From NCBI GenBank assembly GCA_050951545.1, contig JBMNJG010000003.1:128001-192000 (forward strand): a DNA stretch of 64,000 bases, written 5' to 3'. Source of the DNA: Limnochordia bacterium (GTDB taxonomy: Bacteria; Bacillota; Limnochordia; DTU080). Positions within the stretch are counted from its first letter, which is position 1; each line of letters begins with the position of its first letter. Positions 26,357 to 36,582 of the stretch are shown piece by piece. The notes beneath the pieces are model-generated. The model saw only the letters and a list, made by a program, of their open reading frames with translations. It was not told the origin of the DNA and did not search any database. A program made the translations under genes and the position numbers.

Positions 26357-27595
26357 TCATCTGTCTGAACCGACAACGTGCAACTGGAATTCACTATGCA
26401 GCGTGGCAATCGCCAACGCCGCCTCTTCCTCTCGCACCAGGCAGGAGATGTTCGCGTGTGAGTCAGTACTCTGGTAGATAAGCACGCCGACGCTCGCCAG
26501 AGCCCCTGCCACCCTGGCCATCACGCCAGGTACGCCATGCATGCCTGCCCCAACCACCGATACCTTGGCAAAGCCAGGCACTATCTCTACGGGTAGGCTG
26601 AGTCGCCCTAGGACCCCCCTTGCCATCTCCACGTGCGAGCTGGCAATGGTCACTCGGAGCTGACTTGGCGACACCCCGATCATATCTACGCTGATCCCTG
26701 CGTCGCCCAGGGCTTGAAAAAAGGCAGCCGGAACAGCCTCTTGGGTCGCCGCCGTCATGTCGAGGCGGATCTGAGCTCGACCCGGCACGTGAGCAATGCC
26801 GACCACCAGCCGATCATTCGTCACCTCACCGTTTCGCCCCGGAACACGCCCATCTGTGATCAACGTGCCGGAGCCATCGCCCGCCGTGCAGCGTATCTTT
26901 AGCGGGACTCGCCCCTCGCGGGCTATCTGCACAGCCCTTGGGTGAACAACTCTGGCACCCAAGAGAGCCATCTCGACAACCTCGGAGTAAGTCATACGCT
27001 CCAGAGTCACGGCCTGAGGAACCACGCGAGGATCGGCAGTCTTCACACCATCGACATCTGTGAAGATCTCCACCAGCTCGGCGCCGAGAGCCACCCCGAC
27101 AACAGCGGCAGACGTGTCGCTGGCTCCGCGTCCCAGCGTAGTGATATCCCCATTTGTGGTGATTCCCTGAAACCCCGTGATGACTGGTATATTCCCGTCT
27201 TCCAGTTCGCGCAGAAGGCGATCAGTACTCACCCACAGGACACGGGCCTCGCCGAATTGGTTATCTGTCGTGATGCCTGCTTGGGCACCAGTCAGGGCCA
27301 CAGCTGGCAACCCCCTGCGCTTCATGGTGAGGGCCATGATGGCCGCTGAGACAACCTCTCCACAAGACATCAGCAGGTCGAGTTCCCGAGATCCGTCAGA
27401 ATCACCAGCCTCCCGAGCCAAGCCAACCAGAGTGTCGGTCGCGTAGGGATCACCTTTGCGCCCCATCGCAGACACCACTACTACTGGCCTCAGCCCCTCC
27501 CCCATAGCCCGTGACACGTGCCTAATCGCATTCTCACGTAACGGCGCGGTAGCCACAGAGGAACCGCCAAACTTCTGCACGACGATCTTCAACAC
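26357..27595 (-). CDS. dapG: Aspartate kinase I
   Basis: VQKFGGSSV, VVSAMGRKGDPYATDTL, TLGRGASD, DVDGVKTADPR, ACT domains. Confidence 0.95.
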   Translation of the reverse strand: MLKIVVQKFGGSSVATAPLRENAIRHVSRAMGEGLRPVVVVSAMGRKGDPYATDTLVGLAREAGDSDGSRELDLLMSCGEVVSAAIMALTMKRRGLPAVALTGAQAGITTDNQFGEARVLWVSTDRLLRELEDGNIPVITGFQGITTNGDITTLGRGASDTSAAVVGVALGAELVEIFTDVDGVKTADPRVVPQAVTLERMTYSEVVEMALLGARVVHPRAVQIAREGRVPLKIRCTAGDGSGTLITDGRVPGRNGEVTNDRLVVGIAHVPGRAQIRLDMTAATQEAVPAAFFQALGDAGISVDMIGVSPSQLRVTIASSHVEMARGVLGRLSLPVEIVPGFAKVSVVGAGMHGVPGVMARVAGALASVGVLIYQSTDSHANISCLVREEEAALAIATLHSEFQLHVVGSDR

Positions 27596-27619
27596 CGCAT
27601 CACCACCGCACATGAGGAT

Positions 27620-28654
27620 CTACACCATATCGTGCTCCACCATATGCTCTGCGATCTGCACACTGTTAAGCGCAGCACCCTTGCGGATCTGATCACCCAC
27701 GACCCAGAGATTGAGGGCGTTTGGCAAGGAATTATCCTCGCGAATGCGTCCCACAAAAACGGGGTCTTGACCAGCGGCATCTACAGGCATCGGATATTCC
27801 ATGTGGTCGGGATCATCTTGTACGACAATCCCAGAAGCCTCGCCAAGGATTCGCCGCGCCTCCTCCGCAGAAACTGGTCCGGAAAACTCGATATTGATGC
27901 TCTCTGAATGACTGCGAAACACTGGCACCCGTACTGTGGTAGCAGTCACCTTCAGGTTGGGCTCTCGGAGGATCTTCTGTGTCTCATAGACCATCTTCCA
28001 CTCCTCGCGGGTGTAACCCATATCCTGGAAGGAATCAATGTGTGGTAGTAAGTTAAATGCTATCTGGTAATGCTTGCTCGCCCCCGCACATGGCAGAAGA
28101 CGGGCTTGCAGAGGCTGGCCAGCCACGTAGGCCTGAACCTGCTGCTCCAGTTCCTCGATAGCTCGAGCACCAGCCCCTGACACCGCCTGATAGGTGGAAA
28201 CCACAACTCGCTTTATCGGCATGGCCTTATGCAGGGGACCCAGCACCATTGCCATGATGGTCGTTGAACAGTTGGGGTTGGCAATGATGCCCTTGTGACT
28301 GGCTATATCATCAGCATTCACTTCGGGAACGATCAACGGCACCTCGGGATCCATGCGGAAAGCACTCGTATTGTCAATGACGACAGCTCCAGCAGCAAGG
28401 GCATGCGGCACGTACTCAAGGCTGACACTGCCTCCGGCACTAAAAAACGCCACCTTGATGCCAGCGAAACTCTGCGGGCTCAGAGCCTCCACAACGTACT
28501 CACGGTCACCCACTGCCAGCCTTCTGCCAGCACTGCGCGGCGAAGCTAACAGCCGCAGCTCGTCACAGGGAAAGCCTCGTTTGACAAGCAGCCCTAGAAG
28601 CTCCTCTCCTACCGCACCAGTTGCTCCGACAATTGCCACATTACGCTTGCGCAT
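27620..28654 (-). CDS. asd: Aspartate-semialdehyde dehydrogenase
   Basis: GATGAVG, NPNCST, YQAVSGAG, VRVPVFRSHS, RKGAALN. Confidence 0.96.
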   Translation of the reverse strand: MRKRNVAIVGATGAVGEELLGLLVKRGFPCDELRLLASPRSAGRRLAVGDREYVVEALSPQSFAGIKVAFFSAGGSVSLEYVPHALAAGAVVIDNTSAFRMDPEVPLIVPEVNADDIASHKGIIANPNCSTTIMAMVLGPLHKAMPIKRVVVSTYQAVSGAGARAIEELEQQVQAYVAGQPLQARLLPCAGASKHYQIAFNLLPHIDSFQDMGYTREEWKMVYETQKILREPNLKVTATTVRVPVFRSHSESINIEFSGPVSAEEARRILGEASGIVVQDDPDHMEYPMPVDAAGQDPVFVGRIREDNSLPNALNLWVVGDQIRKGAALNSVQIAEHMVEHDMV

Positions 28655-28683
28655 TAGCTTTCCCCCACTCAAACCACCCTGAG

Positions 28684-29286
28684 TTACAGCACCACCCGCT
28701 TGCTGCGCTCCACGAGCACAGGCTGCAGCTGTCGACCCTCCAAGGCGGCCTGTATTGTCTCTACGATCTTGCCGAAATCGGCCACACATGAGTTTGGCTT
28801 GGCGTCCGGATTGTCTTGCCCAAAAGGCACTACATAGACGTGACGCATATTGAGCACATTTCCAAGATTGCGGGCGTTGGCCCCTAAAGCATCATTCGTC
28901 GAGATGGCCAGCACTACGGGGCGCAGATTTCGCAGAGTACCCTTTGCCGCCATCAACACGGGCGTATCGGTCACAGCGTTCGCCAACTTGCCCAGCGTGT
29001 TACCCGTGCAGGGTGCGATAGCAAAGCAGTCAAACAGCAACTTCTGACCTGTCGGTTCTGCCTTGACGATGCTCGTGATCGGTTCCCGACCCGTAAGCTG
29101 AACCAAACGCTCTACTAGTGTCTTAGCTGTACCGAACCGAGTATCAGTCTCGGCCACTGCTGGAGATAGCACTGGTATCACACGTGCCCCCTCGCGCATC
29201 AGGCGTTCCATCTGGGGCAGAACTTCCTCGTAGCTGCAGTGTGACCCTGTCAAACCCCATCCGATGCACTTGTCCGCCAGTTGCAC
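28684..29286 (-). CDS. dpaB: Dipicolinate synthase subunit B
   Basis: GLTGSHC, APCTGNTLGKLAN, STNDALG, PFGQD. Confidence 0.95.
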   Translation of the reverse strand: MQLADKCIGWGLTGSHCSYEEVLPQMERLMREGARVIPVLSPAVAETDTRFGTAKTLVERLVQLTGREPITSIVKAEPTGQKLLFDCFAIAPCTGNTLGKLANAVTDTPVLMAAKGTLRNLRPVVLAISTNDALGANARNLGNVLNMRHVYVVPFGQDNPDAKPNSCVADFGKIVETIQAALEGRQLQPVLVERSKRVVL

Positions 29287-29331
29287 TCGCCCCACCCCCT
29301 ACTCGTTAGGTGAGGGCGGAATCTCTTGTCC

Positions 29332-30219
29332 TTAGCGACGGCATAGATCAGCGATCAATCGTGGCATGGTATGAGCTAGGACCTCGCCCGCTGTCTGCGG
29401 CGCCACCTTGCCCGGTATCCCCAGATCGAGAAAGGCCTTGATCCCCTTGCGATGCGCTGCAGCAAAATCAGTACCGCCAGGCGCTGAGGCAATGTCCACG
29501 ATAAGTGCTCGCGGCTGCAAGGCTTCTATCACATCTTCCGTGAGTACAAGAGCTGGCACCGTATTATACACCACATCAGCGTCTTGCACCGCCTGTGAGA
29601 TATCCTCTAGGCGTTTGGCGGACAGACCCATTTCACGCGCCCGCGCCAACTGCGCTGGATTGCGTGCCACTACCACGACCTGAGCTCCCATGCCGTGCAG
29701 CATGCGAGCCAAGGTCATGCCGCAGCGCCCAAAACCAACAACGACGCTGCAGCTTCCGTGGATGGTGATGGGCAGCTCCTTCATCGCCCGCAAGATCGCC
29801 CCTTCAGCACTGGGAATTGAGTTAAGAATAGCTATCTCGTCATTTTCGGCTGTCTCCACGACGCGCACGTGGTGACGATCTGCTAATGCTTGCACGATCG
29901 GCTTGGCCATTCCGATGCAGAGCGTTTTTTCGGCCATGGCTGCAAAAGCAGCGTCGTCTAGCTTGAGCTCCACAGTAGAGTCCGGCCTGGCTCTGATACA
30001 TCCCTCTTCATCTGTATTGCTCATGGGTGCAACCACGACATCTGCCCTCTGCACCGCAGCTAGTAAATCGCTGTGCACAGCGCCAGCAAGGTTCGGGCGT
30101 TCATCATAGCCAACCAAAAGCACCTGCGCCCCCTGCTCAAGCAGAGCCTGCGCTAAGATCACTTCGCGCTCGTCACCCCCCAAGAGCGCCACCGTTTTCC
30201 CTTCCAGTATGCGAAGCAC
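29332..30219 (-). CDS. dpaA: Dipicolinate synthase subunit A
   Basis: GGDERE, NSIPSAEGA, ITIHGS, DIASAPGGTDF, PGKVAPQTAG. Confidence 0.95.
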   Translation of the reverse strand: MLRILEGKTVALLGGDEREVILAQALLEQGAQVLLVGYDERPNLAGAVHSDLLAAVQRADVVVAPMSNTDEEGCIRARPDSTVELKLDDAAFAAMAEKTLCIGMAKPIVQALADRHHVRVVETAENDEIAILNSIPSAEGAILRAMKELPITIHGSCSVVVGFGRCGMTLARMLHGMGAQVVVVARNPAQLARAREMGLSAKRLEDISQAVQDADVVYNTVPALVLTEDVIEALQPRALIVDIASAPGGTDFAAAHRKGIKAFLDLGIPGKVAPQTAGEVLAHTMPRLIADLCRR

Positions 30220-30311
30220 CGCGCTTCCCCCTCCGCCAGTGCGCAGGCTCTAGAGATCGCTTGATCCACTGACCACAGCCGCGCTAGCGACCACGCCCCC
30301 ACGGCTGCTAG

Positions 30312-30338
30312 TAATATATGTCTGGCCAAAGAGGCGGT
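30312..30338 (-). promoter_or_regulatory. SigK promoter for dpaAB (spoVF)
   Basis: AC-16 bp-CATATATTA; spoVF is SigK-dependent in B. subtilis. Confidence 0.7.
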
Positions 30339-30361
30339 GCTTGTCTGCCTGAGAGGGGACC

Positions 30362-31168
30362 TCAGCTATCAAAAAGCAGGTGCTCTAAGCCGTACACAAG
30401 CCCCTGAATACTACCGACGCGTCTGATCGCCACAAGAACACCGGGCATAAAAGACTCCCTGCTCATTGAGTCGTGCCTGATGCTAAGAGTCTGCCCCAAC
30501 CCACCAAAGAGCACCTCCTGGTGCGCGACCAGACCGGGAAGGCGCACACTGTGGATATGTACCCCGTGAAAATCTCCGCCTCGTGCACCTTCCACGAGCT
30601 CCTCACTTAGTCCAACACTTCGGTTATGCACGCCCTGCCAGGTTTCGCGGATCATCTCTGCTGTCTTAATCGCCGTACCAGAGGGAGCATCTTTCTTCTG
30701 ATCATGGTGGAGCTCAATGATCTCCACGCCTGGAAAAAAGCGGGCCGCCTCACGAGCGAAGCGCATCATTAGTACGGCTCCTAAAGCAAAGTTCGGAGCA
30801 TGTACAACACCGAGTCTTCGAGTCCGAGCACGCTCATCAAGCTCCAGAAGATCATCACTGCTCAATCCCGTCGTGCCTATCACAAGACTAGTACCGGCCC
30901 CTAAGACGACCCGAGCGTTCGCCATAACAGCTCTGGGCGCAGTGAAATCGACTACGACTTCGGGGCGCAGAGCAGCCAGCGCCTGGCCCAGATCGGATGC
31001 GATAGACAACTCTATTCCGTCTATGCCCGCCAATGTGCCGACGTCTTCACCTACATACCCTGGGTCAACTGCACCTACCAGTTCCATGTCCTTGGCGCCA
31101 TGCACCGCCTTAGACACTTCCCGTCCCATCTTTCCGCCTGCCCCAGAGACGAGAACCCGCAATGCCAT
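30362..31168 (-). CDS. dapB: 4-hydroxy-tetrahydrodipicolinate reductase
   Basis: GAGGKMG, GTTG, APNF, ELHHDQKKDAPSGTA. Confidence 0.96.
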   Translation of the reverse strand: MALRVLVSGAGGKMGREVSKAVHGAKDMELVGAVDPGYVGEDVGTLAGIDGIELSIASDLGQALAALRPEVVVDFTAPRAVMANARVVLGAGTSLVIGTTGLSSDDLLELDERARTRRLGVVHAPNFALGAVLMMRFAREAARFFPGVEIIELHHDQKKDAPSGTAIKTAEMIRETWQGVHNRSVGLSEELVEGARGGDFHGVHIHSVRLPGLVAHQEVLFGGLGQTLSIRHDSMSRESFMPGVLVAIRRVGSIQGLVYGLEHLLFDS

Positions 31169-31222
31169 ATTCAGCACCTCTTTGACCGACTTGTCCATTC
31201 CTAGGGCACGCCGAAAAAACAC

Positions 31223-31654
31223 CTAGCGTCCGCTGCGCCGCCGGAATGATCTTTTGTCCTCCATGATATCAGATTCGGCAGACGCAAGGTACGATTCCTC
31301 ACCGTCGCTGGGAAAGGAAGCTTCTGTGGAGTTGTCCTCGTCAGCAGCAACACCGGGAACGAAGTGCAGAGTCCGCCTCGGGCTGTGTAGCCGTGATACT
31401 CTTGACCGCCCTGTCATCGGCTCTGTTGCTGCGCTTATGTCAACAATGATCAGGTCCTTGCCAACCTTCTTGACACCGTCCCACGGCACGGTGATCTCAT
31501 GTGTGGCAAATAACCCAGTGCGCTGGAAAATAACTATAGCCTCCAAAGAGCCCGTGACTGTATCGATCACGAGATCAGTTCCGGCTACGAGCCCCAGACG
31601 CATTCCCGCAGAGATGTCAACAATCTCTTTTCCCGCCATCTCGGAGTATCTCAT
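31223..31654 (-). CDS. ymxH: YlmC/YmxH PRC-barrel sporulation protein with a C-terminal extension
   Basis: MRYSEMAGKEIVDI..G.RLG, VPWDGVKKVGKDLIIV. Confidence 0.85.
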   Translation of the reverse strand: MRYSEMAGKEIVDISAGMRLGLVAGTDLVIDTVTGSLEAIVIFQRTGLFATHEITVPWDGVKKVGKDLIIVDISAATEPMTGRSRVSRLHSPRRTLHFVPGVAADEDNSTEASFPSDGEESYLASAESDIMEDKRSFRRRSGR

Positions 31655-31689
31655 GCCTGTCACCACCAGAGAACAAAATGACCTACAGC

Positions 31690-31716
31690 ACTTTATGCTC
31701 TCTGGGTGCAAGCTAT
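31690..31716 (-). promoter_or_regulatory. SigE-type promoter for ymxH
   Basis: ATA-16 bp-CATAaagT. Confidence 0.55.
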
Positions 31717-32165
31717 ACTCCAGTCGAGCCAAACCCTCCGCTGCCGCGCTCCGTCGACTCCAACTGCTCGACTACCCGTAAAGTGGCAACGGCCACAGGC
31801 ACGAAGACCAGCTGTGCAATACGATCACCAGGATGCACTACATAAGGTTGCTCCCTGTTATTCTGGAGCACACAGACAATCTCGCCGATGTAGTCGGAGT
31901 CAATGACTCCCACCCCATTCGCCAAGTTAATGCCATGACGGGCAGCGAGGCCGCTACGAGCAAAGACTAGGCCCATGATATTCCGTTCGGGGATCTGGAT
32001 CGCGATACCCGTCGGGATGCGCTGGCTGGCTCTCGGAGCGATGGTGATGGCGACAGCGATATTGGCCGCGAGATCCAGACCTGCCGCCCCGGGTGATTGA
32101 TACTGAGGAAGGGGCGCATGCTGCGCTCCGACCCGCATGACCTTCACAACGATCTCCGACTGCAT
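31713..32165 (-). CDS. dut: dUTPase (trimeric type)
   Basis: AAGLDL, ARSGLA, GVIDSDYIGE, RIAQL, RGSGGFGSTG. Confidence 0.97.
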   Translation of the reverse strand: MQSEIVVKVMRVGAQHAPLPQYQSPGAAGLDLAANIAVAITIAPRASQRIPTGIAIQIPERNIMGLVFARSGLAARHGINLANGVGVIDSDYIGEIVCVLQNNREQPYVVHPGDRIAQLVFVPVAVATLRVVEQLESTERGSGGFGSTGV

Positions 32166-32172
32166 AAATAAG

Positions 32173-33435
32173 CTACCCCTCTACCTCATCCTCAATCCCC
32201 ACAGAAGAAGGCTCAATGGGACCGATGGCCACTGTAACCTGACTACCGTTGCCTAGAAGCTTCTCTGCTACGGAGTGCACCTGCGACGGGGTAACTGCGT
32301 CAATACGCGCTATTAGCTCGTCTGGAGTCAGGACTTTCTCCTCAAACAGCTCACCCTTGGCCAGACGGCTCATGCGATTGGCGGTGCTCTCCAGACTCAA
32401 CACCAGTGACCCTTTCAGCTGTTCTTTCGCCCGATGCAGCTCGAGTGCATCAAATCCATATGTCACAAGCCTATCACACTCTGCCCGCGCCAACTCGAGA
32501 ACCTGCGGCACATTAGCCGGTCCACATCCAGCGTAGATCGAGAACAGACCAGTGTCCTGAAAGAGTGTGTGGTAAGAGTAGGTGGCATACACCAGACCAC
32601 GCTCTTCGCGCAGTTCTTGGAAAAGCCGCGAACTCATGCCTCCTCCGAGAGCCATGTCCAACACGTAGAGTGCATAGCGCTGCTCACTGTGCCGGCCCAC
32701 GCCCAGCCCTCCGAGGCACAGATGCACCTGCTCCGTGTCCTTCGTGCGGACGCGACTGTGCGCCTTGGCTGGTGGATGGTTACTCGTCGACACAGGGGTC
32801 TGATCGCCCTCCATATCGACTAGGAATTCGTTGACCAGTGCCACAACTTGCTCATGAGTTACGTTGCCTGCTGCAGCTACCACTAGGTTACCTGCCGTAT
32901 AATGCTTACTCATATGGCTGACAAGCGTGTCGCGATCGAGATCCGAAATGATCGCCTCTGTTCCCAGGATACCCTTGCCTAGGGGGTGGTCAGCGAGAAC
33001 CGCGCCAGCCAGCATATCGTGCACCAGTTCGTCGGGACAGTCTTCATACATGCGGATCTCTTCAATGACTACCCCTTTTTCCTTGTCCATCTCGCACGCA
33101 TCAAACCGCGAGTTGAGGAGCATATCGGACAACACTTGCACGCCTAAGCGCAAGTGCCCATCCAGCACACGTACATAGAAACAAGTGTGCTCCTTGCTTG
33201 TGAACGCATTGAGCTGACCGCCAGCGGCATCCACGGTTTCGGCGATCTCTCTGGCACTACGAGTCGTTGTACCTTTGAAGACCATATGTTCAATAAAATG
33301 AGAAACACCGTTATTCTCGGCTCCTTCGTCCCGTGAGCCTGTACGGAACCAAAAACCAATGGTGACCGACCTCACATACGGGATGTGCTCAGTAACCACG
33401 CGGATACCGTTACCCAGAATTGTCTTACGATACAA
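32173..33435 (-). CDS. M16 family zinc peptidase (YmxG-like)
   Basis: HFIEHMVFKGT (HxxEH), NAFTSKEHT, SSRLFQELREERGL. Confidence 0.93.
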   Translation of the reverse strand: MYRKTILGNGIRVVTEHIPYVRSVTIGFWFRTGSRDEGAENNGVSHFIEHMVFKGTTTRSAREIAETVDAAGGQLNAFTSKEHTCFYVRVLDGHLRLGVQVLSDMLLNSRFDACEMDKEKGVVIEEIRMYEDCPDELVHDMLAGAVLADHPLGKGILGTEAIISDLDRDTLVSHMSKHYTAGNLVVAAAGNVTHEQVVALVNEFLVDMEGDQTPVSTSNHPPAKAHSRVRTKDTEQVHLCLGGLGVGRHSEQRYALYVLDMALGGGMSSRLFQELREERGLVYATYSYHTLFQDTGLFSIYAGCGPANVPQVLELARAECDRLVTYGFDALELHRAKEQLKGSLVLSLESTANRMSRLAKGELFEEKVLTPDELIARIDAVTPSQVHSVAEKLLGNGSQVTVAIGPIEPSSVGIEDEVEG

Positions 33436-33485
33436 TCGGGAACTCCTCCCGCCAGCGCTGGACTTAGGAAACAAGCCACAGCCCC

Positions 33486-33515
33486 ATTATAAAGATGCGC
33501 AAGCGATCGTGTAAA
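33486..33515 (-). promoter_or_regulatory. SigA promoter for the M16 peptidase operon
   Basis: TTTACA-18 bp-TATAAT. Confidence 0.55.
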
Positions 33516-33657
33516 GGTGTGGAACAGAGAGTCAGTACGCGCCCCTACCAGCTTCTGCCGCGACTACACAATTCTGCTCAAAGGGACCAGCCTACTTTCA
33601 AAGAAGAACCCTCCAAGGAGTCCGTGAGTTCTCCCGCCGCCACTACGAGCGTGCGAA

Positions 33658-34995
33658 TTGAGGAGGCAGGCGTTGTTCCAAGGAGCTCTCGTTACACTCA
33701 TATCACTAGCCCTCTATTTCTCCAGCCTGCTCGGCGGTGTAGCGCCGTCCATTCCACGGCAGGTGGATCCTCCATCATCTCAGATAACGGAGAGCACTCC
33801 GGACACTGGACGTGGCGTTGTCACAGGTCATGTGGTAGTCGTCTACGACGCCATCGGCAGCCGCCAAAGCGTAGCAGAACTGCAGCGGGGCGATTATGTT
33901 GAAATTCTCAAGCGCGAAGGCAGCTGGTATCAGGTTCGCCTGTCATCCGGGAAAGTCGGTTACGTTACCGCCTTCACCGTCATGCCCGCCAGCGATGCTG
34001 CGCCTGTCAAGGGAGTCGAGCGGCAATCACCGTACACGGTTCTTGGCTACTATGTGTCGGACGCGCGCCTGCCGTCTTTCCCATCTCTCAGAACCAACGA
34101 CAGTGTGCTCACCGCCATCAGCCCTTGGACATGGGAAGTCACGCCAGCGGGCACGCTTGTCGCTTCCTTTGATACCCGAGACACTGCAGCCGCCCTAAAG
34201 CACGCAGGCGAGCAAGGGCTCCGCACGTATGCCCTCATTCACAATATGGCGCTTGATGCCAAGGGCCGCGGTAACTTCAACTCCACACTAGCCCATCAGC
34301 TGCTTGCCAATCCGACTGCCAGAAAGCGGCTAGTCTACAACATCCTGCAGGTTCTCAAGGACTGGCGTATGAGCGGCGTGCATGTTGACTTCGAGATGGT
34401 TCAACCAAGTGATCGTCACCACCTAAACGCCTTTATGCAGGAGCTACATGAGATACTTCACCCCGCGGGTTTCGAGATCACGATGGCACTTCCCTCCAAG
34501 ACACGCGAATTACCCAACGATTCGTGGTCGGGAGCCTTTGATTACGCAGTCTTGAGTCGCTACACTGACCAGATGATGCTGATGACCTATGATGAACACT
34601 GGAGTGGCGGAAGTCCAGGTCCGGTAGCCTCAATCGCTTGGGTGGAGGATGTCATTCGCTACGCCCTGAGTACCGGAGTGCCGCGACACAAGATCATCCT
34701 CGGCATAGCTGGCTACGGCTATGACTGGCCTGCGCACGGCAAAGGACGCGCGGTGACCTACCAGGGAGCCTTGAACATCGCCAACCAGTACAAAGTCCCA
34801 GTACTGTGGGACTCCAAAGCCAAGGTACCCCACATCCGCTATGGCGATGGTAGGCAAATCTGGTTCGAAAACCGGCAGAGTCTCAGCTACAAGCTGGAAC
34901 TCGTCAATCGCTACCAACTGGGAGGGATCAGCGTATGGCGTCTAGGCCAAGAGGATCCCGGCTGTTGGGCTGTGATTCGAGATATGTTAGGTTAG
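33658..34995 (+). CDS. SH3b + GH18 glycosyl hydrolase (YaaH/YdhD-like spore protein)
   Basis: N-terminal TM, WYQVRLSSGKVGYV (SH3b), GVHVDFE, LMTYDEH, GYGYDW, WRLGQED. Confidence 0.88.
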   Translation: MRRQALFQGALVTLISLALYFSSLLGGVAPSIPRQVDPPSSQITESTPDTGRGVVTGHVVVVYDAIGSRQSVAELQRGDYVEILKREGSWYQVRLSSGKVGYVTAFTVMPASDAAPVKGVERQSPYTVLGYYVSDARLPSFPSLRTNDSVLTAISPWTWEVTPAGTLVASFDTRDTAAALKHAGEQGLRTYALIHNMALDAKGRGNFNSTLAHQLLANPTARKRLVYNILQVLKDWRMSGVHVDFEMVQPSDRHHLNAFMQELHEILHPAGFEITMALPSKTRELPNDSWSGAFDYAVLSRYTDQMMLMTYDEHWSGGSPGPVASIAWVEDVIRYALSTGVPRHKIILGIAGYGYDWPAHGKGRAVTYQGALNIANQYKVPVLWDSKAKVPHIRYGDGRQIWFENRQSLSYKLELVNRYQLGGISVWRLGQEDPGCWAVIRDMLG

Positions 34996-34996
34996 C

Positions 34997-35734
34997 TCAG
35001 CGATTACTCTCAGATGCCTCTAGCATGGTTGAGATGGTCACTGCTCGCAGGCCCTTTTCCTCAAGCCCCCGCATGAGCTTTGGAAGTGCAAGAATCGTAT
35101 TCGCTCTCGGGTGCATCAGGATGATACTGCCAGGCTGAGCTTTCGGCAAGACCCGCTGCAGAATCTGATCCGGTGGAGGATCTTGCCAATCTACGGTATC
35201 AACGGTCCACAGCACGGTGCGATATCCTAACGAAGCGGCTTCGCGTACAATGCGCCGGTCCCACTCCCCATACGGAGGGGCGTAGAGCTTGCCCACCTTC
35301 CCGACGATTTCCTCCAAATGTTTCTGGTTCTTAGTAATATGATCAGCCAACTGCTGATTCGTCAACTGCTTAGGATGAGTGTGCGTGAAACCATGATTGC
35401 CTATTTCATGTCCTTCTTCCGCAATGAGGCGGGCCAGTTCTTTGTTCTCCTGCGCCCAGCGACCAGTTAGGAAGAAGGTGACGTGGGCCCTTGCTTCACG
35501 AAATAGGGCGAGCATAGTTGGTATCTGATCGCCGCCCCAGTCAACATTGACCGCCAGACCCACCATCGCCTCGGCGCCAGGAATGGCAAAGAGAGGTTCG
35601 CTTAGCGGTGGGGGCCCCAGCACTGAGGTGATCGAAGTCTGATCCGCAAGATGATAGGCTCCCGCTAAAAACACAGCAAAAGCCAGTGCCATGATCAATC
35701 GCGCTTGCCAAGGTCTAATGACAACCACAATCAT
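34997..35734 (-). CDS. Polysaccharide deacetylase (YlxY-like)
   Basis: AVNVDWG, TFFLTG, EIGNHGFTH, APPYGE, WTVDTVDW, ILMH. Confidence 0.88.
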   Translation of the reverse strand: MIVVVIRPWQARLIMALAFAVFLAGAYHLADQTSITSVLGPPPLSEPLFAIPGAEAMVGLAVNVDWGGDQIPTMLALFREARAHVTFFLTGRWAQENKELARLIAEEGHEIGNHGFTHTHPKQLTNQQLADHITKNQKHLEEIVGKVGKLYAPPYGEWDRRIVREAASLGYRTVLWTVDTVDWQDPPPDQILQRVLPKAQPGSIILMHPRANTILALPKLMRGLEEKGLRAVTISTMLEASESNR

Positions 35735-36519
35735 CGCATCTGCTCCTCCGATGCCTTGCTGAGCTTCTTCTGCACGCCAGAATGCCGCTCGACAAAGTAC
35801 CCGTCCCTGTAGATCAGTTCACCCACGGGAACCACTTCGAATCCGCGTCGTTTCAGCTCCGGGAGCAGCCTCGCCACTGCTATTGGCGTATGTTTGCCTG
35901 CATTGTGGAACAGAACAATATCGCCTGACTCAGCGCGCAAGACGCGCTCTACCATAAAATCCGCACTCACATCCTTCCAGTCGAGCGAGTCAACTGACCA
36001 CTGCACGGTATGATAGCCCAGCGTGTGGGCGACTTCGATAAGCTTGTTGCTGTATTCCCCGAATGGTGGCCGAAATAGATCGCTTTCGCGACCAGTCAGG
36101 CTCAGCAGTAGATCGTGGTTCTTGCGCAGGTCAGCCTCGATCTGTTCCGGCGAAAGCGAATTCATGTGTGCGTGAGCGTAACTATGGTTGCCAATCTCAT
36201 GGCCTTCTTGAGCGATTTTTCGCACATATTCGGGGTAGTTTTCCACCCAGTGTCCGGCCAAGAAGAACGTGGTTTTCACATCGTTTTCGCGGAGAATAGC
36301 CAACAGTTGATCCGTCAGCTCGGTCCCCCAGGTGGCGTCAAACGATAAGGCGATTCGCTTGCCTGGAACATCCACTTTGTAGATGGGAACAAGGCGGTTG
36401 GTCAGTAGGGCTAACACACTCACTGCAGGCTGCAGTGCGGCGAGCAACCCCAACGCCACAAGCACCCCCACCAAAAGCAAGATGGCAAAGGCGCCTTTTC
36501 GGCTGAGATACAACACCAT
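35731..36519 (-). CDS. Polysaccharide deacetylase (PdaB-like)
   Basis: ALSFDATWG, TFFLAG, EIGNHSYAH, FRPPFGEY, WSVDSLDWK, VLFHN; SigE-like CATAcgcAT upstream (36553-36561). Confidence 0.9.
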   Translation of the reverse strand: MVLYLSRKGAFAILLLVGVLVALGLLAALQPAVSVLALLTNRLVPIYKVDVPGKRIALSFDATWGTELTDQLLAILRENDVKTTFFLAGHWVENYPEYVRKIAQEGHEIGNHSYAHAHMNSLSPEQIEADLRKNHDLLLSLTGRESDLFRPPFGEYSNKLIEVAHTLGYHTVQWSVDSLDWKDVSADFMVERVLRAESGDIVLFHNAGKHTPIAVARLLPELKRRGFEVVPVGELIYRDGYFVERHSGVQKKLSKASEEQMR

Positions 36520-36582
36520 CCGCTTCGTCCCCCTCGTATGTGGCACTGTGTAATGCGTATGCCCGAGGAGGCCGAAGGATGT

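Noticed and set aside
26247-26360. N-terminal extension of DapA (and similarly of the lipoprotein at 8636-8716)
   Set aside because: An open frame running through the 57-bp repeat; canonical starts with RBS lie downstream
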